A stretch of DNA of 64,000 nt from Piromyces finnis finn (GCA_002104945.1 MCFH01000010.1:868001-932000), one strand, 5' to 3'. Shown: positions 16,663 to 28,865, counted from the stretch's first letter. Numbers and translations: made by a program. The notes: generated by a model from the letters alone, not told the origin.

Positions 16663-19010
16663 ATGAGTAGTAATTGTAATACTAATATACTAAATGATAA
16701 AAACTCTAAATCGCAACAATCACAATCTCATTTTTTACATTCAAATAGTGCTAATAATATTAACAAAATGAAAAAATCACAATTAACCAAAGAATATAAT
16801 TCAGTTTCATTATTAAGTTCAACTAAATCTACTAATATTGTAGGTGCTCATTATAAATTGATACGAAAAATTGGGGAAGGTAGTTTTGGTGTTATTTTTG
16901 AAGGTAATAATATAAGATTATAAAAATTATAAAAAGATTATATATATTAACAATGAAATATTCAAATTGTTTTCTGTTTTCTTATCATAATTTCATTATA
17001 ATTATTAATATATATACCCTAGGTGTTGATTTATTAAACAACCAACCAATAGCTGTAAAATTTGAGTCTCGTATGGCAGAATCACCTCAGTTAAAAGATG
17101 AATACCATTCATATAAAATATTGGCTGGAAATGGTATGTTTATTAAAATTAAATAAATTTTTAATTCTATACAAAGGGGGATATATATCAATGTTCTAAT
17201 ATACTATCAATTTATACATTGTTTATTGATATTCTCTTATAATATTTATAATATTTTATAACGCCTATAATAATAATTATAAAAAAGTTGGTATACCCAA
17301 TTCTTATTATTTTGGAACAGAAAATTCTAATAATATTTTAGTTATAGATTTACTCGGACCATCGTTAGAGGATTTATTTGATGTTTGTGGAAGACAATTT
17401 TCAGTAAAAACTGTTGCTATGGTTGCAAAACAAATGGTAAAATATGAAAATGTATATAAATAAAAATTTTGTAGAGTATGTATTCATATTAAATTAATAT
17501 TATCTATTTAAACTTTATATATATAATATTAAAAAAAAAAAAGATTAGTCGAATACAAACTGTTCATGAAAATTCATTAGTCTATCGCGATATAAAACCT
17601 GATAATTTCCTTGTTGGACATATAGTGTAAATTGCTTAATTAATACTTATATCATTCGTTCTTTAAACTTTTTTGTCTTATTAATAATTTTTAAACCATT
17701 AAATTAATCTTAAATAAATTAATAAATTATGCATACTGATGATATTTTTTTTCTATTATTTAAATAATATTATAAAAATTATAAACTGTAATATTGCTTT
17801 ATATTGTGTTTAAAAAAAAATAGTAATGATAATAAACAAATTATACAAACGCACTCAAAAGCTAATCCTCATCCTGCAACACAAATTTATATAGTAGATT
17901 TTGGTATGGCCAAATATTATCGAGATCCTACAACTTTACAACATATTCCATATAAAGAAAAACGAAGTTTAAGTGGAACCGCGAGATATATGAGTATTCA
18001 TACACATCTTGGTCATGAACAAAGTAGAAGAGATGACTTAGAAAGTTTGGGGCATGTATTCATGTACTTTTTAAGAGGTTCTTTACCATGGCAAGGATTA
18101 AAAGCACCAACAAATAAACAAAAATATAAAAAAATTGGTGAGAAAAAAAGATCAACATCAATATCTGAATTGTGTATGGGATTTCCGGGTTAGTATAAAT
18201 ATCATTAGTATAGATGAGAAAAGATTCGTATTTTAATAAATATTAATTTCTTTTAATTATATTATCCTTTTATTATTATAATAATAATAATATTTTATTT
18301 AAAAAAAAAAAATAGAGGAATTTTCAATATATATGAACTATGTTAGAAAATTAGCATTTGAGGAAACACCAGATTATAACTATCTACGAGGGTTGATGGA
18401 TAATGTATTAAAGAATATGGAATGTGAAGATGATGGTCTTTATGATTGGGTATATGTTATTGATAAAAGAAGGAAAGAAAAAGAGAAAGAAAAAGAACGT
18501 AGAATCGATCTTATATACCCCCAAAATGTAGCTTCAAATAATCATCTATTTAATGGAAAAGTTCCACAAATTCAATATTCTATTAAATTCCATTCTCAAG
18601 ATATTCATAAATCTAGCAAATCTAAATTAATTGATTCAAACTCATCTAGGCAATTATCACCTATCCAAATGCAACTACAAAATAATGCGTTACGAAATTC
18701 AACAAATTTATATAATTCAAGAAATTCAAGAAAATATCAAAATTATAAGCAAATTGAAAAATTGACAAGGTCTAAATCATATGATAGATGTAATAAATAT
18801 GAGGATAATTTACGATATATCTCAGATAAAGATGAATATGCTAAATTAATGGTATCCGAAAATGACATCAGAACTGACCAAAAATATTATAAAAATGAAT
18901 ATAATATAGATAATCCAAGAATTATTAAAAATAAACTAAAAAATAAAAATACAGAGGAAACAGAAAATATATCATGCTTCAAACATATGTTTTTATGCTG
19001 CTTTAAATAA
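16663..19010 (+). CDS. YCK1: Casein kinase I, plasma-membrane (Yck1/2, CK1-gamma-like) type, 6 exons
   Basis: Exons encode [16 protein letters not shown]-type [84 protein letters not shown]. The protein ends in FLCCFK*, a di-Cys palmitoylation-type tail typical of Yck kinases. Confidence 0.92.
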
Positions 19011-21090
19011 AAAGAAATTTATTGAATATTTTTAATATTACCAGATTTAGAATATTAAAATAATTATATTAATAAATTAATATTAAATTAAATAGTAATT
19101 AGTGATTCCCTTATTCCCTTAATTATAATAAAAAATTATCTTTTTTTTTTTTTTTTTTGATATAATTCAAATATTCAATTCATTTCATTTATTTATTCAT
19201 CATTCATATAATTTTCTAAAAATAAAAATAAAAATTAAAATAAATAGTATTTAAAAAAAAAAAAAAAAAGGAATTTTACTTTAAAAGCTATTTTTCTTGA
19301 CAACGTTATAATTATTGTAAAAAAAAAATGTATACCCTATATATATATAACATTACAAAATAGATTAAATTAATTATTATTGTTATTAAGTTATTAATAT
19401 TAAAAACATATATACATTTGTTCATTTCATTTTACATCAAACCCGTATAAAAAGCCATCATTAATTACTTTTTTTAATAAAATCAAATACAATAACAAAT
19501 AATTAAAAAAAACAATAAAACTTAAATTCTTTATGAGAAAAAAAAAAAAAGATTAATTAATATATTAATAATATATATTATAATATGAAAATTTTGATTT
19601 CATAAAAATCAACTAGAGAATTAATTTATTAAAAAAAAAAAGTATACGAAAATATAAAAATAAATTAAATATTCATTTTAAACTTTAAATATTAATAAAA
19701 AGTTGAAAACTATAGATTTAGTGAAATGCTTTTTATTTTATAAAATAATATTTTTTAAAAAAAAAATAATAATAAACATCAATAAAAAGAAATTAAAAGG
19801 TAAAAGATAATCTATATTAATATTAATATTTTCAAGTTTAAAAATAAAAAGAAAAGCTATAATCGATATCTATCCTTTTTTTTTTTTATTGATTTTTATT
19901 AATCCTGTTAGATTTTATTGGATTGGAATTAACTCAGAAATTAATATAATATGCCTATTCAACCTTTAACTTAACCATTCTTCCCTTTTCAAGCTAATAC
20001 TAATAAAAACAAATATATAAAAATATTGAAAGTATTAATACTAAATAGATTGTAAATCATAAAATAAATTAAAAAAGCCATTCTATTTTTAAAATAAAAT
20101 AAAAAAAAAGTATCAAAATTTTAATAAATATTATCTTTATAAATTTTCTTTTTTCCTTTCCTTTATATATAAAATATAATGGAAATGGAGAAAATTAAAA
20201 ACATAAAACATAAAATAAATTATTCCTATTATTCCTAACTATTTATTATTATTTTATAGTTTTCATCTTTGCATTTTTCATTATGTAAAAATATTCAGTT
20301 TTTACATTACATTATTATGAACTATTAGGAATTAGGAATACAATATAAAAAAATTTAATAGTTTATGAGAAAAATATTATTATTTATTTATTAATAATAG
20401 TATTTTAATATATTACAATTCAATTGATTTAAATTGATTTATTGGATGAATATATATTTTTTTGATTTTCTTACCAATCATTGTTATAATAGGAATATTT
20501 GTAGATTTAGTATATAAGCTGTTTATTTCCTACAATAATTAATACTTTACACGATTTATAATAAATTATTTATTTTAATTGTTAATGTAAGTTAAAAAAA
20601 ATAAATTATAGTATAATTAATGAAATTACCAAATAAACAGTAATGAAATAAAATACAAGTAATAAGCAATAATTTTTGGAGAAGAAATAATAATAATAGT
20701 TAATAATAAAAATAAATGATACTAATACTATCAGAATCAAGAGAGTAAATGGGATTTTTTAAGCCAATAAATCGAATTATATTATTATATTATATTATAT
20801 TATAAATCACAATAATTAGAGATATAATAAAAAATTACAACTCTTAATACAAAAGTAAATAAATATAAATAAAAAAAAAAAAGAGATAAATTTAATAATT
20901 ATATATTAAACGTTAATATAAAATGATCATTCACATATATGAAAATGATATTTAATAGAAATAATCTTAAAAGAAACTAAATAATTGAAATAATTCAGAA
21001 TAAAAGGGAAAATAATTAATATAGAATAAGGAATGATATTAATATTTTTTAAATTTTATAATAAAAATATGAATAGATTAATTATACAAA

Positions 21091-22215
21091 ATGTCTAAGA
21101 CTTGGAATTTCGGAGCTGGTCCAGCTGTTATGCCACACAGCGTTTTAGTAAAGGCCCAAAAGGAACTCGTTGATTACCGTGGTTCTGGTATGTCCGTTAT
21201 GGAACTTTCCCACCGTTCCAAGGAATTCGATGACATTATTAACAATGCCGAAGCTAATCTTCGTAAGTTAATGGGTATTCCAAGTAACTACAAGGTTCTC
21301 TTCCTTCAAGGTGGTGCTACTGCTCAATTCTCCAGTGTTTTCCTTAACCTTGTTGGTGATGACATTAACAGACCATGTGATTACATGGTTTCTGGTGGAT
21401 GGTCTGACAAGGCTGCTGCTGAAGCTAAGAAGCTTGGTGCTAATGTTAATTACGTTTTCAACACTAAGTCTGAAGGTTTCACCCGTATTCCACCAAAGAG
21501 TGAATGGAAATTAAGTCCAAACGCTTCTTACCTTTACTTCTGTGATAATGAAACTGTTCACGGTGTTGAATTCCAAGAAGTTCCAAAGGTTAACTGCCCA
21601 ATTGTTTGTGATATGTCTTCCAACATTCTTTCCCGTAAGGTCGATGTTTCTAAGTACGATGTAATTATGGCTGGTGCTCAAAAGAACATTGGTCCAGCTG
21701 GTTTAACTATTGTTATCATTAAGGAAAACCTTATTGGTACCCGTCTTAACCCAAAGGTTCCATGCCCACTTTACTTAAACTACAAGACCCACGGTGCTAA
21801 CCGTTCTTTATACAACACTCCACCAACCTTCGGTATTTACATGGCTGGTCTTGTCTTCGAATGGTTATTATCTATTGGTGGTGTTGATGCTATCTCTGAA
21901 ATTAACTCTAGAAAGGCTAACCGTTTATACTCTACCATCAACAAGTACAGCAACGTTTACAAGGCTGTTGTTTCCCCAGACTGCAGATCTAGAATGAACG
22001 TTCCATTCAGAGTTATTGATGCTTCTGGAAAGCCATCTAAGGAACTTGAAGCTGAATTCCTTAAGGGTGCTGTTGCTCGTCGTATGGTCCAATTAAAGGG
22101 TCACAGATCTGTTGGTGGTATTCGTGCCTCTATTTACAACGCCATGCCAGAAGAAGGTGTTGAATTCTTATGTAAATACATGGAAGAATTCGCCAGACAA
22201 AAGGCTAAGTTATAA
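21091..22215 (+). CDS. SER1: Phosphoserine aminotransferase, 374 aa, intronless
   Basis: NFGAGPA N-terminus, ELSHRSKEF, FLQGGATAQF, DMSSNILS, the PLP-lysine motif AGAQKNIGPAG, NTPPTF and GHRSVGGIRASIYNA. Confidence 0.97.
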   Translation: MSKTWNFGAGPAVMPHSVLVKAQKELVDYRGSGMSVMELSHRSKEFDDIINNAEANLRKLMGIPSNYKVLFLQGGATAQFSSVFLNLVGDDINRPCDYMVSGGWSDKAAAEAKKLGANVNYVFNTKSEGFTRIPPKSEWKLSPNASYLYFCDNETVHGVEFQEVPKVNCPIVCDMSSNILSRKVDVSKYDVIMAGAQKNIGPAGLTIVIIKENLIGTRLNPKVPCPLYLNYKTHGANRSLYNTPPTFGIYMAGLVFEWLLSIGGVDAISEINSRKANRLYSTINKYSNVYKAVVSPDCRSRMNVPFRVIDASGKPSKELEAEFLKGAVARRMVQLKGHRSVGGIRASIYNAMPEEGVEFLCKYMEEFARQKAKL

Positions 22216-22895
22216 ATTAATTAAATTGACATGTTTTATCAACTCTTTCTTTCTAATATATTAGGAGAAAAAAATTAATACTAATCTTTTTTCTAGTTGA
22301 AGAAAAGGGTTTTGGTAGTTAAATGTTCTTACAAAAGTAATTTTTTAGAAAGAGAAAAAAAAATTATTAAAATAATAATTAGATTTTTTAAATAATTTTA
22401 AAATTTTTTTATTATAATTACATATCTTAAATGCCAAGCGCTAAAGGCAATAATTTCCACAATAAAACAAATTGAGAAAAATTAAAGAAATATTTTTTTT
22501 ATAAAATCCTTATTTAATTTAAAAATGTAAATAAAAAAAATATTAATATTAAGAAATTAGAATAGATAACCTTTTTTTTTTTTTTTAAATAAAAAAAAAA
22601 TATAAATAAATAAAGAAAAGCAAAATATATAAATAAAAAATTAATAATAAAAAACTAAGAAAGTATTGGAGTTTAATTTATCTTTACATTTATTTTTAAT
22701 TTTTAATATAGTAAATTTAAAATATTTGTTATTTTTAAAAAAAAAAGAAAAAAAAAAGATTCTTATTATTATAGCATTATTTAATATCAATGTAAAACTT
22801 AGATATATTACCGATACTTTTAATCTTTTTATATTATTATTTATTTTATTTCATCTTTATAGTAAAGATCTTTAAAGAAATAAATTAAAATAGAT

Positions 22896-24497
22896 AGTCC
22901 TCCCTTTACTTTTTTCAGTCAGTAAATTCTTAAGAAATCCTAATATTCCTATTCCCTTCAAAAAGCTAGTACTTAACTCACAAGTGATTAGCAGAGTTTC
23001 ATACTTTGCACCATTACTTGGATCCAACAAAGCTAGGTCTAGAATTGCTCAGAAGCATGTTAACAAAGGAATACGATGGGTTGCCGGAGTTCATAAAGCT
23101 GTATCGTTTATATCTTTATACTCTATTTCAAAAGATTTGAATATTCCTCCATTGTCAGCCAAATGTGCGTTAGCTCAGGTTAGATGTTTTAACAAATGGA
23201 AAAACTCAAATTGTATTATCTCATACCTTGTCAATTACATTCCTAAATTTAGAAAATACACGTGGTGCAAATCAAGTAGGACACTTGATAAAAAATTAAA
23301 GAAACATGGAGATGTTAAAGCAGTTAAAAACTTTTATTGGAAAGATCTCAAAGGAAATTCAATCAAAGCGCAATATTATGATGATAATAAATTTATTGAA
23401 ACTAAAGATTTTATTAAATTATGTTATGAGTACCCAGAGTTTGCCTATGGCTTCTACTGGCTCTTGAAAGCAAGAAGCGGATACAAGTTGGATGCTAGAG
23501 TTGCCAAAGCTGCTAAATTTGTTGATCCAGTTTGTCCTAACTACTGTCCATGTTGCAAGTGTGGTGTTCAAAGTATTAAACATTGGTTATTAGATTGTCC
23601 AACATTTAGAGATATCCGTATTAAACATTATGATTCCATAGTCCAGCTACTAAATTTTTTCAGTCAACGTAATTCCAATAGTCCTATCAATAATAATGAA
23701 AATGTTAATATCAGTAGAATAGCAATAACATTAATAGTAATAGTAACAATAGTAGTAATAACAATAGTAATAGTAACAATAGTAATAATAACAATAGTAG
23801 TAATAGAAATAATAATATTAGTAATGATAACAATAGTGAAGATAATAATTCTAATTTAGATAGTAATTTAGTTAATGATAGTAATAGTTCTAATAATCCG
23901 GTGAATATTAATGTGTATGATTATTCTAGTGTGTGCAGTAAAATATTTAAATTCCTTCTTGGGGGAAGAAGTTTTAACAATATTAATTACAATTCAAGGG
24001 AATGGAAAGAACTTTGTAAGCGTCAGATTCAATCTGGTACTAACGAAGGAACACCATTCTTGACGGTAACCGCGGAACTTCTAACCAAAATCATGCCTTT
24101 TGCTATTGGCCAGCAATGGTCAATGTTCAAAAGGTTTGAAGCAACATCCAAGAGCGTCAATGCTGAAGAAACAGTAAGACAGGCCAGGAGGGCCAGCGCA
24201 ACCAATGGAGATCATAATTTTGTTCCATGACAAAATTTTGATCTTTGGCTCGGTGTCCCATTGGAAGTCAAATACAATTATTATACTTTAGTATGATAGT
24301 GGCTTTCTTACTTTAATTAAAATTACTAGAATACATTATACCCAATTTTTATTCATTTGTGTTTATTTAAACATATTTTTTTTTTATTTTTATTTTAATT
24401 TTAATTTTTTTATTACATGTATTATAATTTTAATTAAATTAATAATAAAGTTTAAAATATTTGATGCCGTTAAAAAAAAAAAAAAAGTCCTCCCTTT
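22896..24497 (+). mobile_element. 5'-truncated non-LTR retrotransposon (LINE) with poly-A tail and 12-bp target-site duplication
   Basis: Direct repeat AGTCCTCCCTTT at 22896-22907 and 24486-24497, with an A-run at 24472-24486 just before the second copy. The reading frame is open from the left TSD (LFSVSKFLRNPNIPIPFKKLVLNSQVISRVSYFAPLLG, RT-thumb-like). It includes a CX2CX8HX4C knuckle (CPCCKCGVQSIKHWLLDC). A 1-nt frameshift near 23716 joins it to the 23901-24230 frame. Confidence 0.85.
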
Positions 24498-24835
24498 CTC
24501 CTTTCTAATGTTATAAAATTTTTAAAATTTACCATTATTGTTAAGAGTATCAATAAATAAAATAAATCTAATATAAAATAAAATAATAATAATTAATAGT
24601 ATAATAATTGTAAACTATATTTTAGATTAAATATTAGCACTTTTATATATATAAGACATTATATAATATAAATCATTATTATTGATAAACTAAATACTTA
24701 AGTCCTGCTAAAAATAAAAATATCAATTTTTAAAAAACATGATACATAATATTACAGTATTACTAATTATTTGTTTGTTTGTTTACTTATTTGTAATATT
24801 TTTATTTTATTTTATTTATTTATTCATTATTTATT

Positions 24836-24885
24836 ATTTATTTATTATTCATTATTCATTATTCATTATTCATTATTCATTATTT
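24836..24885. repeat. Short (ATTCATT)n 7-bp tandem repeat
   Basis: attcattattcattattcatt... of about 6 units, 3' of NBP35. Confidence 0.7.
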
Positions 24886-25175
24886 ATTATTTATTATTTA
24901 TTTTGGTTGTATTTTATAAGAATATTTTAAAAAAAAAAAAGATAAGGAAAAAGAAAAAACTTACTTATGATATTTTAAATTATATAAAGATATAAATATA
25001 TATAAATATTAATACATGATTTTATTGCTATTTTAATTTTTTGTTATCAAGAAACTTTTTACTAATTTTAAAAAGTTTTTTGTTTTTGAATTAATTCTTT
25101 CTTTCCTTTAACTATTTTCTTGGCTTAATAATATTTACTATTATTTTTTTTTTCTTTTATCTTAACCTATATTGA

Positions 25176-25208
<33 letters not shown>

Positions 25209-25280
25209 GATGGTAATATATTTATTTTGGGGTATTTATTATTACTGTTGGTGTTGCTGTTGTTTAGAAAAAAAAATTTT

Positions 25281-28200
25281 TTAATTTCCAAGGTTTAAAA
25301 TGTCCTTAATCTTATCAGATATTTCAATATATTTGGAGGAAGCAGGTGAATCTGGATAATTATCAACAAATGGTTCACCAGCATCACAAGAATTAACAAT
25401 TCTTGGGTCTAATGGAATTGCACCTAAGAATGGAACATTAATTTCCTCACATAAAGCCTTTACACCACCATGAGTAGCTGGGAAAATAATGGATTCTCCT
25501 TTACAAGATGGACATACAAAACCGGACATATTTTCTACAATACCAAGAATTGGTAAGTTAACCTTTTTGCAGAAGTTGATTTCTTTTCTAACATCTTGAA
25601 TGGAAATTTCTTGTGGAGTAGAAATTAAAATAGCACCATCAATATCACAACCCTTTAAATATTGAACAATAGATAAATGTTCATCAGAAGTACCTGGTGG
25701 GGTATCAAATAATAATAAATCTAAATCACCCCATTCAACATCCTTTAAGAAGTGCTTAATTAAACCATTCTTCTTTGGACCACGCCAAATAACTGATTCA
25801 TCTTGCTTTTCAAGTAAGAAACCAATAGACATAACAGCCAAATTATCTTGTACATAAACTGGAGTAATACCAGTATTACTTTGATGAACTGGTTCATTTT
25901 CAGCACCCATAATAATTGGTTGACTTGGACCAGTAATATCAACATCACAAAGACCAATTTGAATATCTTCATCTCTACCTAATGTGTATGCAAGTTGAGA
26001 CGAAAGTGTACTCTTACCAACACCACCTTTACCAGAAAGAATTAAAACTTTATGTTTAACGGTTTCCATCTTCTTTTTAATAATATCTAAGTCTGGATCA
26101 ACAACAATCTTATTAGACATACAGAAAGCTCTATTTGGACATCCTTCACATGCTGAAGCTTTACCACGGTTTTCACTTTCCATTCCTGGACATCCAGAAT
26201 TTGCTTTAGCCATCTGGCATGTAGCTCTATTTGGACAATTAGCACAAGGAGAAGCATTGCCTTGATTCTTACAACAACCACCTTGTTTACCTGGACAACC
26301 AGCACATGGTGATCCTCCTTCCTTCTTACAGCATCCTCCTTGTCTACCTGGACAGCCAGCACATGGTGATCCTCCTTCCTTCTTACAGCATCCTCCTTGT
26401 CTACCTGGACAGCCAGCACATGGTGATCCTCCTTCCTTCTTACAGCATCCTCCTTGTCTACCTGGACAACCAGCACATGGTGATCCTCCTTGCATTTTAC
26501 AACAACCACCTTGTTTACCTGGACAACCAGCACATGGTGATCCTCCTTGCATTTTACAGCATCCTCCTTGTTTACCTGGACAACCACCGCATGGTGATCC
26601 TCCTTGCATTTTACAACAACCACCTTGTTTACCTGGACAACCACCGCATGGTGATCCTCCTTCCTTCTTACAGCATCCTCCTTGTCTACCTGGACAACCA
26701 CCGCATGGTGATCCTCCTTCCTTCTTACAGCATCCTCCTTGTTTACCTGGACAACCACCACATGGTGATCCTCCTTCTTTCTTACAGCATCCTCCTTGTT
26801 TACCTGGACAACCACCACATGGTGATCCTCCTTCCTTCTTACAGCATCCTCCTTGTCTACCTGGACAGCCAGCACACGGTGATCCTCCTTCCTTCTTACA
26901 GCATCCTCCTTGTCTACCTGGACAGCCAGCACATGGTGATCCTCCTTCCTTCTTACAGCATCCTCCTTGTCTACCTGGACAACCAGCACATGGTGATCCT
27001 CCTTGCATTTTACAACAACCACCTTGTTTACCTGGACAACCAGCACATGGTGATCCTCCTTCCTTCTTACAGCATCCTCCTTGTCTACCTGGACAACCAG
27101 CACATGGTGATCCTCCTTGCATTTTACAACAACCACCTTGTTTACCTGGACAACCACCACATGGTGATCCTCCTTGCATTTTACAGCATCCTCCTTGTTT
27201 ACCTGGACAACCACCGCATGGTGATCCTCCTTCCTTCTTACAGCATCCTCCTTGTTTACCTGGACAACCACCGCATGGTGATCCTCCTTCCTTCTTACAG
27301 CATCCTCCTTGTTTACCTGGACAACCACCGCATGGTGATCCTCCTTGCATTTTACAACAACCACCTTGTTTACCTGGACAACCACCACATGGTGATCCTC
27401 CTTCCTTCTTACAGCATCCTCCTTGTTTACCTGGACAACCACCACATGGTGATCCTCCTTCCTTCTTACAGCATCCTCCTTGTCTACCTGGACAACCACC
27501 ACATGGTGATCCTCCTTGCATTTTACAACAACCACCTTGTTTACCTGGACAACCACCACATGGTGATCCTCCTTCCTTCTTACAGCATCCTCCTTGTTTA
27601 CCTGGACAACCACCGCATGGTGATCCTCCTTCCTTCTTACAGCATCCTCCTTGTTTACCTGGACAACCACCGCATGGTGATCCTCCTTCCTTCTTACAGC
27701 ATCCTCCTTGTTTACCTGGACAACCACCACATGGTGATCCTTCTTCCTTCTTACAGCATCCTCCTTGTTTACCTGGACAACCACCACATGGTGATCCTCC
27801 TTCCTTCTTACAGCATCCTCCTTGTCTACCTGGACAACCACCACATGGTGATCCTCCTTGCATTTTACAACAACCACCTTGTTTACCTGGACAACCACCA
27901 CATGGTGATCCTCCTTCCTTCTTACAGCATCCTCCTTGTTTACCTGGACAACCACCACATGGTGATCCTCCTTGCATTTTACAGCATCCTCCTTGTTTAC
28001 CTGGACAACCACCGCATGGTGATGATTGTTGTTCCTTTTGTGGAATGGAAGATTCACTTTCTTCTTTAATATCTATATCCATTGAATTTTGATCTTGTTT
28101 TTCAGTAACTGTCATCATAGCATTCTTTTTACAACAACCACCTTGTTTACCTGGACAACCACCACATAATGATCCTTCCTTCTTACAACATCCACCTTGT

Positions 28201-28679
28201 TTACCTGGACAGCCACTGCATGAAGATCCTCCTTCCTTTTTGCAGCACCCACCTTGCTTACCGGGGCAACCTCCACATCCTTGTCTTTTTGGACAACCAC
28301 TACAAGGAGATGATTGTTGTTCTTGTGAAATTGAAAAAGTCTGACTTGTATTTTCAGTAGCTGTATTCATCATAGCTGCACGCTTTTTACAACAACCACT
28401 ACATCCTTGTTTTTTTGGGCATCCGCCACATGGTGATGATTGACCTTGTTCTATTGATGATTCTTGTCTTTCTGCACGTCTTTTACAACATCCGCCACAA
28501 CCGCTTTTACCAGAGCATCCACCTTTTTGTTGTTCATTACTAACTACATTCATTTCTACATCATTTATTTCTTCATTATCTTTACAACATCCTTTTTTAG
28601 TATCACTGGAAATATCTTCATTGTTTCCATTTACATTATTTTCTGAAAATTTATTAATTTCTTCTTGATTATTATTCAT
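25281..28679 (-). CDS. NBP35: Cytosolic Fe-S cluster assembly scaffold NBP35/NUBP1 (Mrp/NBP35 P-loop ATPase) with a very large Cys-rich N-terminal repeat extension, 1132 aa, intronless
   Basis: The C-terminal ~300 aa have the Nbp35-specific CX13CX2CX5C motif ([24 protein letters not shown]), deviant Walker [43 protein letters not shown] and [11 protein letters not shown] (bridging CPXC). All of this is in one frame with the repeat array. Confidence 0.93.
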   Translation of the reverse strand: MNNNQEEINKFSENNVNGNNEDISSDTKKGCCKDNEEINDVEMNVVSNEQQKGGCSGKSGCGGCCKRRAERQESSIEQGQSSPCGGCPKKQGCSGCCKKRAAMMNTATENTSQTFSISQEQQSSPCSGCPKRQGCGGCPGKQGGCCKKEGGSSCSGCPGKQGGCCKKEGSLCGGCPGKQGGCCKKNAMMTVTEKQDQNSMDIDIKEESESSIPQKEQQSSPCGGCPGKQGGCCKMQGGSPCGGCPGKQGGCCKKEGGSPCGGCPGKQGGCCKMQGGSPCGGCPGRQGGCCKKEGGSPCGGCPGKQGGCCKKEEGSPCGGCPGKQGGCCKKEGGSPCGGCPGKQGGCCKKEGGSPCGGCPGKQGGCCKKEGGSPCGGCPGKQGGCCKMQGGSPCGGCPGRQGGCCKKEGGSPCGGCPGKQGGCCKKEGGSPCGGCPGKQGGCCKMQGGSPCGGCPGKQGGCCKKEGGSPCGGCPGKQGGCCKKEGGSPCGGCPGKQGGCCKMQGGSPCGGCPGKQGGCCKMQGGSPCAGCPGRQGGCCKKEGGSPCAGCPGKQGGCCKMQGGSPCAGCPGRQGGCCKKEGGSPCAGCPGRQGGCCKKEGGSPCAGCPGRQGGCCKKEGGSPCGGCPGKQGGCCKKEGGSPCGGCPGKQGGCCKKEGGSPCGGCPGRQGGCCKKEGGSPCGGCPGKQGGCCKMQGGSPCGGCPGKQGGCCKMQGGSPCAGCPGKQGGCCKMQGGSPCAGCPGRQGGCCKKEGGSPCAGCPGRQGGCCKKEGGSPCAGCPGRQGGCCKKEGGSPCAGCPGKQGGCCKNQGNASPCANCPNRATCQMAKANSGCPGMESENRGKASACEGCPNRAFCMSNKIVVDPDLDIIKKKMETVKHKVLILSGKGGVGKSTLSSQLAYTLGRDEDIQIGLCDVDITGPSQPIIMGAENEPVHQSNTGITPVYVQDNLAVMSIGFLLEKQDESVIWRGPKKNGLIKHFLKDVEWGDLDLLLFDTPPGTSDEHLSIVQYLKGCDIDGAILISTPQEISIQDVRKEINFCKKVNLPILGIVENMSGFVCPSCKGESIIFPATHGGVKALCEEINVPFLGAIPLDPRIVNSCDAGEPFVDNYPDSPASSKYIEISDKIKDILNLGN
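26256..28022 (-). repeat. Coding minisatellite: 31 x 57-bp units encoding SPC(G/A)GCPG(K/R)QGGCCK(KE/MQ)GG
   Basis: The 57-nt period is visible as a 3-nt offset per 60-nt line. 31 units were counted in the translation, and 31 x 57 = 1767 nt matches 26256-28022 exactly. The last unit ends ...CCKNQGN. Confidence 0.95.
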
Positions 28680-28865
28680 TATTTAATAGATTAAATATAT
28701 ATTCCAAAAAAAAAAAAAAAAGAAAATAAATTAAATTATCTTAAATGCTTAATTAAAAATGTTATAAATATATAATATATAATATATAATATATAATATA
28801 TAAGAAAATTATAATATAAATATATAATTTATGCAAATAAAGAAAAAATATAATTATTTAATTAG

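Noticed and set aside
21091-22215. SER1 as a recent bacterial horizontal transfer because it is intronless and GC-richer
   Set aside because: The codon choices match the fungal high-expression set, and several other genes here are also intronless. It cannot be claimed without a phylogeny.
26256-28022. Regularly spaced repeats resembling a CRISPR array
   Set aside because: The units are contiguous with no unique spacers, the array is in frame within a eukaryotic CDS, and there are no cas genes.
26087-28069. Long alternative-frame ORFs over the 57-bp array (656 aa minus, 587 aa plus)
   Set aside because: They are by-products of a stop-free repeat whose length is a multiple of 3. They begin and end at the array edges and have no independent domain.
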